From Utricularia gibba (lineage: Eukaryota > Plantae > Magnoliophyta), in NCBI GenBank assembly GCA_002189035.1, contig NEEC01000450.1:1-22434 (forward strand): a stretch of 22,434 nt of DNA, given 5' to 3'. A model generated the notes under the pieces. The model ran no database searches. It was given only the letters and a program-made list of their open reading frames with translations, and was not told the origin of the DNA. Position 1 is the stretch's first letter, and each line of letters begins with the position of its first letter. Position numbers and translations under genes: made by a program. Positions 1-11,100 of this stretch are shown piece after piece.

Positions 1-1184
1 TTTGCATCCGGTTGACCTCATGAGCCATACAGAATCGGGGTCAAGGACAAGTTCCCAGCGAGACTGGCCGCCACAAAACGAGAAGCGGTTCCTTGAAAAA
101 CCATGTAGGCAGCCCCGAAAACCGAACGATAATAAATACATCATTTATTTGCCGGGCTACAACTAACTCTCGCGCAAGCCAAACCTTACCTTTGTCCGTT
201 CCAGCTGCACCCAAGACCGCCTCCAAGTATAAAGTAAGTTGTTGAAAAAATCATGTGGGGTGCACGGATATCGCAATTTAAACAAATGCATCATTTTTTT
301 TAATCGATTTGCATCCGGTTGACCTCATGAGCCATACAGAATCGGGGTCAAGGACCAAGTTCCCAGCGAGACTGGCCGCCACAAAACGAGAAGCGGTTCC
401 TTGAAAAACCATGTAGGCAGCCCCCGAAAACCGAACGATAATAAATACATCACTTTATTTGTCGGGCTACAACTAACTCTCGGCGCAAGCCAAACTTACC
501 TTTGTCCGTTCAAGTGCACCCAAGACGCCTCAAGTATAAAGTAAGTTGTTGAAAAAATCATGGGGGTGCACGTGATATCGCAATTTAAACAAATGCATCA
601 TTTTTTTTAATCGATTTGCATCCGGTTGACCTCATGAGCCATACAGAATCGGGGTCAAGGACCAAGTTCCCAGCGAGACTGGCCGCCACAAAACGAGAAG
701 CGGTTCCTTGAAAAACCATGTAGGCAGCCCCGAAAAACCGAACGATAAAAATACATCACTTTATTTGCGGGCTACAACTAACTCTCGCGCAAGCCAAACC
801 TTACCTTTGTCCGTTCCAGCTGCACCCAAGACGCCTCCTCAAGTATAAAGTAAGTTGTTGAAAAAATCATGTGGGGTGCACATGATATCGCAATTTAAAC
901 AAATGCATCATTTTTTTTAATCGATTTGCATCCGGTTGACCTCATGAGCCATACAGAATCGGGGTCAAGGACCAAGTTCCCAGCGAGACTGGCCGCCACA
1001 AAACGAGAAGCGGTTCCTTGAAAAACCATGTAGGCAGCCCCGAAAACCGAACGATAATAAATACATCACTTTATTTGTGGGCTACAACTAACTCTCGCGC
1101 AAGCCAAACCTTACCTTTGTCCGTTCAGGTGCACCCAAGACGCCTCCTCAAGTATAAAGTAAGTTGTTGAAAAAATCATGTGGG

Positions 1185-1257
1185 GTGCACGTGATATCGC
1201 AATTTAAACAAATGCATCATTTTTTTTAATCGATTTGCATCCGGTTGACCTCATGAG
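1185..1257. other. Cluster of seven 6-bp palindromes per monomer (exemplar copy)
   Basis: GTGCAC 1185-1190, CACGTG 1188-1193, GATATC 1193-1198, TTTAAA 1203-1208, ATGCAT 1212-1217, ATCGAT 1229-1234 and TCATGA 1251-1256 (within CTCATGAG 1250-1257). Confidence 0.85.
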
Positions 1258-1547
1258 CCATACAGAATCGGGGTCAAGGACCAAGTTCCCAGCGAGACTG
1301 GCCGCCACAAAACGAGAAGCGGTTCCTTGAAAAACCATGTAGGCAGCCCCCGAAAACCGAACGATAATAAATACATCACTTTATTTGTCGGGCTACAACT
1401 AACTCTCGGCGCAAGCCAAACCTTACCTTTGTCCGTTCAGGTGCACCCAAGATCGCCTCCTCAAGTATAAAGTAAGTTGTTGAAAAAAATCATGTGGGGT
1501 GCACGTGATATCGCAATTTAAACAAATGCATCATTTTTTTTAATCGA
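1234..1547 (+). repeat. Representative near-consensus monomer (314 bp, type X)
   Basis: Runs from TTTGCATCC at 1234 to AATCGA at 1547. Carries GTCGGG, CTCGGCGC (1405-1412), CAGGT (1438-1442) and CACGTG (1502-1507). Confidence 0.9.
1327..1479 (+). repeat. Sub-repeat A of the monomer (~156 bp in consensus), exemplar copy
   Basis: Starts TTGAAAAACCATGT, contains AAATACATCACTTTATTT, AGCCAAAC and AGA(C/T)CGCCTCCTCAA. Aligns colinearly with sub-repeat B. Confidence 0.82.
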
Positions 1548-1639
1548 TTTGCATCCGGTTGACCTCATGAGCCATACAGAATCGGGGTCAAGGACCAAGT
1601 TCCAGCGAGACTGGCCGCCACAAAACGAGAAGCGGTTCC
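1480..1639 (+). repeat. Sub-repeat B of the monomer (~160 bp in consensus), exemplar copy
   Basis: Starts TTGAAAAAA(A)TCATGT, contains AAATGCATCATTTTTTTT, AGCCATAC, CCAAGTT and AGACTGGCCGCCACAA. Aligns colinearly with sub-repeat A. Confidence 0.82.
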
Positions 1640-4600
1640 TTGAAAAACCATGTAGGGCCCCGAAAACCGAACGATAATAAATACATCACTTTATTTGTCG
1701 GGCTACAACTAACTTCGGCGCAAGCCAAACCTTACCTTTGTCCGTTCAGTGCACCCAAGACGCCTCCTCAAGTATAAAGTAAGTTGTTGAAAAATCATGT
1801 GGGGTGCACGTGATATCGCAATTTAAACAAATGCATCATTTTTTTTAATCGATTTGCATCCGGTTGACCTCATGAGCCATACAGAATCGGGGTCAAGGAC
1901 CAAGTTCCAGCGAGACTGGCCGCCACAAAACGAGAAGCGGTTCCTTGAAAAACCATGTAGGCAGCCCCCGAAAACCGAACGATAATAAATACATCACTTT
2001 ATTTGTCGGGCTACAACTAACTCTCGGCGCAAGCCAAACCTTACCTTTGTCCGTTCAGGTGCACCTAAGACGCCTCCTCAAGTATAAAGTAAGTTGTTGA
2101 AAAATCATGTGGGGTGCACGTGATATCGCAATTTAAACAAATGCATCATTTTTTTTAATCGATTTGCATCCGGTTGACCTCATGAGCCATACAGAATCGG
2201 GGTCAAGGACCAAGTTCCCAGCGAGACTGGCCGCCACAAAACGAGAAGCGGTTCCTTGAAAAACCATGTAGGCAGCCCCGAAAACCGAACGATAATAAAT
2301 ACATCACTTTATTTGTCGGGCTACAACTAACTCTCGGCGCAAGCCAAACCTTACCTTTGTCCGTTCAGGTGCACCCAAGACGCCTCCTCAAGTATAAAGT
2401 AAGTTGTTGAAAAAAATCATGTGGGGTGCACGTGATATCGCAATTTAAACAATGCATCATTTTTTTTAATCGATTTGCATCCGGTTGACCTCATGAGCCA
2501 TACAGAATCGGGGTCAAGGACCAAGTTCCCAGCGAGACTGGCCGCCACAAAACGAGAAGCGGTTCCTTGAAAAACCATGTAGGCAGCCCCCGAAAACCGA
2601 ACGATAAAAATACATCACTTTATTTGTCGGGCTACAACTAACTCTCGCGCAAGCCAAACCTTACCTTTGTCCCGTTCCAGTGCACCCCAAGACCGCCTCC
2701 TCAAGTATAAAGTAAGTTGTTGAAAAAATCATGTGGGGTGCACGTGATATCGCAATTTAAACAAATGCATCATTTTTTTTAATCGATTTCCATCCGGTTG
2801 ACCTCATGAGCCATACAGAATCGGGGTCAAGGACCAAGTTCCCAGCGAGACTGGCCGCCACAAAACGAGAAGCGGTTCCTTGAAAAACCATGTAGGCAGC
2901 CCCGAAAACCGAACGATAATAAATACATCACTTTATTTGTCGGGCTACAACTAACTCTCGCGCAAGCCAAACCTTACCTTTGTCCGTTCAGTGCACCCAA
3001 GACCGCCTCCTCAAGTATAAAGTAAGTTGTTGAAAAAATCATGTGGGGTGCACGTGATATCGCAATTTAAAAAATGCATCATTTTTTTTAATCGATTTGC
3101 ATCCGGTTGACCTCATGAGCCATACAGAATCGGGGTCAAGGACCAAGTTCCCAGCGAGACTGGCCGCCACAAAACGAGAAGCGGTTCCTTGAAAACCATG
3201 TAGGCCCCCGAAAACCGAACGATAATAAATACATCACTTTATTTGCCGGGCTACAACTAACTCTCGGCCAAACCTTACCTTTGTCCCGTTGTGCACCCAA
3301 AAAGTATAAAGTAAGTTGTTGAAAAAATCATGTGGGGTGCACATGATATCGCAATTTAAACAAATGCATCATTTTTTAATCGATTTGCATCCGGTTGACC
3401 TCATGAGCCATACAGAATCGGGGTCAAGGACCAAGTTCCAGCGAGACTGGCCGCCACAAAACGAGAAGCGGTTCCTTGAAAAACCATGTAGGCAGCCCCG
3501 AAAAACCGAACGATAATAAATACATCACTTTATTTGCCGGCTACAACTAACTCTCGGCGCAAGCCAAACCTTACCTTTGTCCGTTCAGGTGCACCCAAGA
3601 CGCCTCCTCAAGTATAAAGTAAGTTGTTGAAAAAATCATGTGGGTGCACGTGATATCGCAATTTAAACAAATGCATCATTTTTTTTAATCGATTTGCATC
3701 CGGTTGACCTCATGAGCCATACAGAATCGGGGTCAAGGACCAAGTTCCCAGCGAGACTGGCCGCCACAAAACGAGAAGCGGTTCCTTGAAAACCATGTAG
3801 GCAGCCCCCGAAAACCGAACGATAATAAATACATCACTTTATTTGTCGGGCTACAACTAACTCTCGGCGCAAGCCAAACCTTACCTTTGTCCTGTTCGAG
3901 GTGCACCCTAAGATCGCCTCCTCAAGTATAAAGTAAGTTGTTGAAAAATCATGTGGGGTGCACGTGATATCGCAATTTAAACAAATGCATCATTTTTTTT
4001 AATCGATTTGCATCCGGTTGACCTCATGAGCCATACAGAATCGGGGTCAAGCGAGACTGGCCGCCACAAAAACGAGAAGCGGTTCCTTGAAAAACCCCCC
4101 GAAAACCGAACGATAATAAATACATCACTTTATTTGCCGGGCTACAACTAACTCTCGCGCAAGCCAAACCTTACCTTTGTCCGTTCATGCACCCAAGACG
4201 CCTCCTCAAGTATAAAGTAAGTTGTTGAAAAAATCATGTGGGGTGCACGTGATATCGCAATTTAAACAAATGCATCATTTTTTTTAATCGATTTGCATCC
4301 GGTTGACCTCATGAGCCATACAGAATCGGGGTCAAGGACCAAGTTCCCAGCGAGACTGGCCGCCACAAAACGAGAAGCGGTTCCTTGAAAAACCATGTAG
4401 GCAGCCCCCGAAAACCGAACGATAATAAATACATCACTTTATTTGTCGGGCTACAACTAACTCTCGGCGCAAGCCAAACCTTACCTTTGTCCGTTCAGTG
4501 CACCCAAGACGCCTCCTCAAGTATAAAGTAAGTTGTTGAAAAAATCATGTGGGGTGCACGTGATATCGCAATTTAAACAAATGCATCATTTTTTTTAATC

Positions 4601-7600
4601 GATTTGCATCCGGTTGACCTCATGAGCCATACAGAATCGGGGTCAAGGACCAAGTTCCCAGCGAGACTGGCCGCCACAAAACGAGAAGCGGTTCCTTGAA
4701 AAACCATGTAGGCAGCCCCGAAAACCGAACGATAATAAATACATCACTTTATTTGCGGCTACAACTAACTCTCGGCGCAAGCCAAACCTTACCTTTGTCC
4801 CGTTCTGCACCCAAGACCGCCTCCTCAAGTATAAAGTAAGTTGTTGAAAAAATCATGTGGGGTGCACGTGATATCGCAATTTAAACAAATGCATCATTTT
4901 TTTAATCGATTTGCATCCGGTTGACCTCATGAGCCATACAGAATCGGGGTCAAGGACCAAGTTCCCAGCGAGACTGGCCGCCACAAAAGAGAAGCGGTTC
5001 CTTGAAAAACCATGTAGGCAGCCCCCGAAACCGAACGATAATAAATACATCACTTTATTTGTCGGGCTACAACTAACTCTCGCGCAAGCCAAACCTTACC
5101 TTTGTCCCGTTCAGGTGCACCCAAGACGCCTCCTCAAGTATAAAGTAAGTTGTTGAAAAAATCATGTGGGGTGCACGTGATATCGCAATTTAAACAAATG
5201 CATCATTTTTTTTAATCGATTTGCATCCGGTTGACCTCATGAGCCATACAGAATCGGGGTCAAGGACCAAGTTCCCAGCGAGACTGGCCGCCACAAAACG
5301 AGAAGCGGTTCTTGAAAAACCATGTAGGCAGCCCCGAAAACCGAACGATAATAAATACATCACTTTATTTGCGGGCTACAACTAACTCTCGCGCAAGCCA
5401 AACCTTACCTTTGTCCGTTCTGCACCGCCTCCTCAAGTATAAAGTAAGTTGTTGAAAAAATCATGTGGGGTGCACGTGATATCGCAATTTAAACAAATGC
5501 ATCATTTTTTTTAATCGATTTGCATCCGGTTGACCTCATGAGCCATACAGAATCGGGGTCAAGGACCAAGTTCCAGCGAGACTGGCCGCCACAAAACGAG
5601 AAGCGGTTCCTTGAAAAACCATGTTAAAAATACATCACTTTATTTGTACAAACTCTCGGCCAAAGCTGCACCCAAGACCGCCTCCTCAAGTATAAAGTAA
5701 GTTGTTGAAAAATCATGTGGGGTGCAATGATATCGCAATTTAAACAAATGCATCATTTTTTTTAATCGATTTCCATCCGGTTGACCTCATGAGCCATACA
5801 GAATCGGGGTCAAGGACCAAGTTCCCAGCGAGACTGGCCGCCACAAAAGAAAGCGGTTCCTTGAAAAACCATGTAGGGCCCGAAAACCGAACGATAATAA
5901 ATACATCACTTTATTTGCCGGGCTACAACTAACGCGCAAGCCAAACCTTACCTTTGTCCGTCACCCAAGATAAGTATAAAGTAAGTTGTTGAAAAAATCA
6001 TGTGGGGTGCACGTGATATCGCAATTTAAACAAATGCATCATTTTTTTTAATCGATTTGCATCCGGTTGACCTCATGAGCCATACAGAATCGGGGTCAAG
6101 GACCAAGTTCCCAGCGAGACTGGCCGCCACAAAACGAGAAGCGGTTCCTTGAAAAACCATGTAGGCAGCCCCCGAAAACCGAACGATATAAATACATCAC
6201 TTTATTTGCGGGCTACAACTAACTCTCGGCGCAAGCCAAACCTTACCTTTGTCCCGTTCAGGTGCACCCAAGACCGCTCCTCAAGTATAAAGTAAGTTGT
6301 TGAAAAAATCATGTGGGGTGCACGTGATATCGCAATTTAAACAAATGCATCATTTTTTTTAATCGATTTGCATCCGGTTGACCTCATGAGCATACAGAAT
6401 CGGGGTCAAGGACCAAGTTCCCAGCGAGACTGGCCGCCACAAACGAGAAGCGGTTCCTTGAAAAACCATGTAGGCAGCCCCGAAAACCGAACGATAATAA
6501 ATACATCACTTTATTTGTCGGGCTACAACTAACTCTCGCGCAAGCCAAACCTTACCTTTGTCCGTTCAGGTGCACCCGCCTCCTCAAGTATAAAGTAAGT
6601 TGTTGAAAAATCATGTGGGGTGCACGTGATATCGCAATTTAAACAAATGCATCATTTTTTTTAATCGATTTGCATCCGGTTGACCTCATGAGCCATACAA
6701 TCGGGGTCAAGGACCAAGTTCCCAGCGAGACTGGCCGCCACAAAACGAGAAGCGGTTCCTTGAAAACCATGTAGGCAGCCCCCGAAAACCGAACGATAAT
6801 AAATACATCACTTTATTTGTCGGGCTACAACTAACTCTCGGCAAGCCAAACCTTACCTTTGTCCCGTTGCACCCAAGACGCCTCAAGTATAAAGTAAGTT
6901 GTTGAAAAAATCATGTGGGGTGCACGTGATATCGCAATTTAAACAAATGCATCATTTTTTTTAATCGATTTGCATCCGGTTGACCTCATGAGCCATACAG
7001 AATCGGGGTCAAGGACCAAGTTCCCAGCGAGACTGGCCGCCACAAAACGAGAAGCGGTTCCTTGAAAAACCATGTAGGCAGCCCCGAAAACCGAACGATA
7101 ATAAATACATCACTTTATTTGCCGGGCTACAACTAACTCTCGCGCAAGCCAAACCTTACCTTTGTCCCGTTCCAGTGCACCCCAAGACCGCCTCCTCAAG
7201 TATAAAGTAAGTTGTTGAAAAAATCATGTGGGGTGCACGTGATATCGCAATTTAAACAAATGCATCATTTTTTTAATCGATTTGCATGACCTCATGAGCC
7301 ATACAAATCGGGGTAAAGGACCAAGTTCCCAGCGAGACTGGCCGCCACAAAACGAGAAGCGGTTCCTTGAAAAACCATGTAGGCAGCCCCCGAAAACCGA
7401 ACGATAATAAATACATCACTTTATTTGTCGGGCTACAACTAACTCTCGGCAAGCCAAACCTTACCTTTGTCCCGTTCATGCACCCCAAGACCGCCTCCTC
7501 AAGTATAAAGTAAGTTGTTGAAAAAATCATGTGGGGTGCACGTGATATCGCAATTTAAACAAATGCATCATTTTTTTTAATCGATTTGCATCCGGTTGAC

Positions 7601-8067
7601 CTCATGAGCCATACAGAATCGGGGTCAAGGACCAAGTTCCAGCGAGACTGGCCGCCACAAACGAGAAGCGGTTCCTTGAAAAACCATGTAGGCAGCCCCG
7701 AAAACCGAACGATAATAAATACATCACTTTATTTGCTACAACTAACTCTCGGCGCAAGCCAAACCTTACCTTTGTCCGTTCCACCCAAGACGCCTCCTCA
7801 AGTATAAAGTAAGTTGTTGAAAAATCATGTGGGGTGCACGCGCAATTTAAAATGCATCATTTTTTTTAATCGAATCCGGTTGACCTCATGTACAGAATCG
7901 GGTCAAGGACCAAGTTCCCAGCGAGACTGGCCGCCACAAACGAGAAGCGGTTCCTTGAAAAACCATGTAGGCAGCCCCCGAAAACCGAACGATAATAAAT
8001 ACATCACTTTATTTGCGGGCTACAACTAACTCTCGCGCAAGCCAAACCTTACCTTTGTCCCGTTCAG

Positions 8068-8129
8068 GTGCACCCCAAGACGCCTCCTCAAGTATAAAGT
8101 AAGTTGTTGAAAAATCATGTGGGGTGCAC
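8068..8129. other. 10-bp inverted repeat with ~42-nt spacer, present once per monomer (exemplar copy)
   Basis: GTGCACCCCA (8068-8077) and its exact reverse complement TGGGGTGCAC (8120-8129). In type Y copies the left arm begins CTGCAC, which shortens the match by one base. Confidence 0.8.
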
Positions 8130-11100
8130 TGATATCGCAATTTAAACAAATGCATCATTTTTTTAATCGATTTGCATCCGGTTGACCTCATGAGCCATAC
8201 AGAATCGGGCAAGGACCAAGTTCCCAGCGAGACTGGCCGCCACAAAACGAGAAGCGGTTCCTTGAAAACCATGTAGGCAGCCCCGAAAACCGAACGATAA
8301 TAAATACATCACTTTATTTGTCGGGCTACAACTAACTCTCGCCGCAAGCCAAACCTTACCTTTGTCCCGTTGCACCAAGACCGCCTCCTCAAGTATAAAG
8401 TAAGTTGTTGAAAAAATCATGTGGGGTGCACGTGATATCGCAATTTAAACAAATGCATCATTTTTTTTAATCGATTTGCATCCGGTTGACCTCATGAGCC
8501 ATACAGAATCGGGGTCAAGGACCAAGTTCCCAGCGAGACTGGCCGCCACAAAACGAGAAAGCGGTTCCTTGAAAAACCATGTAGGCAGCCCCGAAAACCG
8601 AACGATAATAAATACATCACTTTATTTGTCGGGCTACAACTAACTCGAAGCCAAACCTTACCTTTGTCCCGTTCAGCACCCCAAGACCGCCTCTCAAGTA
8701 TAAAGTAAGTTGTTGAAAAAACATGTGGGGTGCACGTGATATCGCAATTTAAACAAATGCATCATTTTTTTTAATCGATTTGCATCCGGTTGACCTCATG
8801 AGCCATACAGAATCGGGGTCAAGGACCAAGTTCCCAGCGAGACTGGCCGCCACAAAACGAGAAGCGGTTCCTTGAAAAACCATGTAGGCAGCCCCGAAAA
8901 CCGAACGATAATAAATACATCTTTATTTGTCGGGCTACAACTAACTCTCGGCGCAAGCCAAACCTTACCTTTGTCCGTTCAGGTGCACCCAAGACGCCTC
9001 CTCAAGTATAAAGTAAGTTGTTGAAAAAATCATGTGGGGTGCACGTGATATCGCAATTTAAACAAATGCATCATTTTTTTTAATCGATTTGCATCCGGTT
9101 GACCTCATGAGCCATACAGAATCGGGGTCAAGGACCAAGTTCCCAGCGAGACTGGCCGCCACAAAACGAGAAGCGGTTCCTTGAAAAACCATGTAGGCAG
9201 CCCCGAAAACCGAACGATAATAAATACATCACTTTATTTGCCGGGCTACAACTAACTCTCGCGCAAGCCAAACCTTACCTTTGTCCCGTTCCAGCTGCAC
9301 CCAAGACCGCCTCTCAAGTATAAAGTAAGTTGTTGAAAAAATCATGTGGGGTGCACTGATATCGCAATTTAAACAAATGCATCATTTTTTTTAATCGATT
9401 TGCATCCGTTGACCTCATGAGCCATACAGAATCGGGGTCAAGGACCAATTTCCAGCGAGACTGGCCGCCAAAACGAGAAGCGGTTCCTTGAAAAACCATG
9501 TAGGCAGCCCCCGAAAACCGAACGATAAATACATCACTTTATTTGTCGGGCTACAACTAACTCTCGCGCAAGCCAAACCTTACCTTTGTCCCGTTCCAGC
9601 TGCACCCAAGACCGCCTCCAAATAAAGTAAGTTGTTGAAAAAATCATGTGGGTGCACAATATCGCAATTTAAACAAATGCATCATTTTTTTTAATCGATT
9701 TGCATCCGGTTGACCTCATGAGCCATACAGAATCGGGGTCAAGGACCAAGTTCCCAGCGAGACTGGCCGCCACAAAACGAGAAGCGGTTCCTTGAAAAAC
9801 CATGTAGGCAGCCCCGAAAACCGAACGATAATAAATACATCACTTTATTTGTCGGCTACAACTAACTCTCAAGCCAAACCTTACCTTTGTCCCGTTCCAG
9901 CTGCACCCAAGACCGCCTCCTCAAGTATAAAGTAAGTTGTTGAAAAAATCATGTGGGGTGGCATCATTTTTTTTAATCGATTTGCATCGGTTGACCTCAT
10001 GAGCCATACAGAATCGGGGTCAAGGACCAATTTCCCAGCGAGACTGGCACAAACGAGAAGCGGTTCCTTGAAAAACCATGTAGGAGCCCCGAAAACCGAA
10101 CGATATAAATATCACTTTATTCTAACTCTCGGCGCAAGCCAAACCTTACCTTTGTCCCGTTCAAGGTGCACCCCAAGACCGCCTCCCAAGTATAAAGTAA
10201 GTTGTTGAAAAAATCATGTGGGGTGCACATATCGCAATTTAAACAAATGCATCATTTTTTTAATCGATTTGCATCCGGTTGACCTCATGAGCCATACAGA
10301 ATCGGGGTCAAGGACCAAGTTCCCAGCGAGACTGGCCGCCACAAACGAGAAGCGGTTCCTTGAAAAACCATGTAGGCAGCCCCCGAAAACCGAACGATAA
10401 TAATACATCACTTTATTTGCGGGCTAAACTAACTCTCGCGCAAGCCAAACCTTACCTTTGTCCCGTTCATGCACCCAAGACGCCTCCTCAAGTATAAAGT
10501 AAGTTGTTGAAAAATCATGGGGTGCACGTGATATCGCAATTTAAACAAATGCATCATTTTTTTTAATCGATTTGCATCCGGTTGACCTCATGAGCCATAC
10601 AGAATCGGGGTCCAAGTTCCCAGCGAGACTGGCCGCCACAAACGAGAAGCGGTTCCTTGAAAAACCATGTAGGCAGCCCCGAAAACGAACGATAATAAAT
10701 ACATCACTTTATTTGTCGGGCTACAACTAACTCTCGGCGCAAGCCAAACCTTACCTTTGTCCCGTTCAGCTGCACCCAAGACGCCTCCTCAAGTATAAAG
10801 TAAGTTGTTGAAAAAATCATGTGGGTGCACGTGATATCGCAATTTAAACAAATGCATCATTTTTTTAATCGATTTGCATCCGGTTGACCTCATGAGCCAT
10901 ACAGAATCGGGGTCAAGGACCAAGTTCCCAGCGAGACTGGCCGCCACAAAAGAGAAGCGGTTCCTTGAAAAACCATGTAGGCAGCCCCGAAAACCGAACG
11001 ATAATAAATACATCACTTTATTTGTACAACTAACTCTCGGCAAGCCAAACCTTACCTTTGTCCCGTTCCAGGTGCACCCCAAGACCGCCTCCTCAAGTAT

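Noticed and set aside
70-145. Phased A-tracts (CAAAA, GAAAAA, GAAAA, AATAAA) suggesting intrinsic curvature
   Set aside because: Only two intervals (~21-23 bp) approach helical phasing and the rest are irregular. Not supportable without a curvature calculation.
181-245. Splice-donor-like GTAAGT (plus strand) and AG|GTAAGG (minus strand)
   Set aside because: No coherent exon or reading frame is restored by any plausible intron, and such hexamers occur by chance.
206-265. Rolling-circle replication origin of CRESS-DNA virus or RCR plasmid type within the stem-loop
   Set aside because: The loop has AAGTATAAA rather than the NANTATTAC nonanucleotide, the spacer (~42 nt) is much longer than in such origins, and no Rep gene is present.
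1-314. Viroid-like or ribozyme-bearing circular RNA, suggested by the ~314-nt unit size
   Set aside because: No hammerhead core (CUGANGA...GAAA) on either strand of the consensus and no evident rod-like self-complementarity across the unit. The internal symmetry is a direct dimer, not an inverted one. A covariance-model search was not run.
1-314. Tandem 5S rRNA, tRNA/SINE, U2 snRNA or spliced-leader RNA gene (fragments GCCATAC, AGACCGCCT; minus-strand CGCTTCTCG and ACAACTTAC)
   Set aside because: Matches are only 7-9 nt, lie in the wrong order, spacing or strand for one gene, and lack convincing Pol III A/B/C boxes or a cloverleaf. Chance is sufficient.
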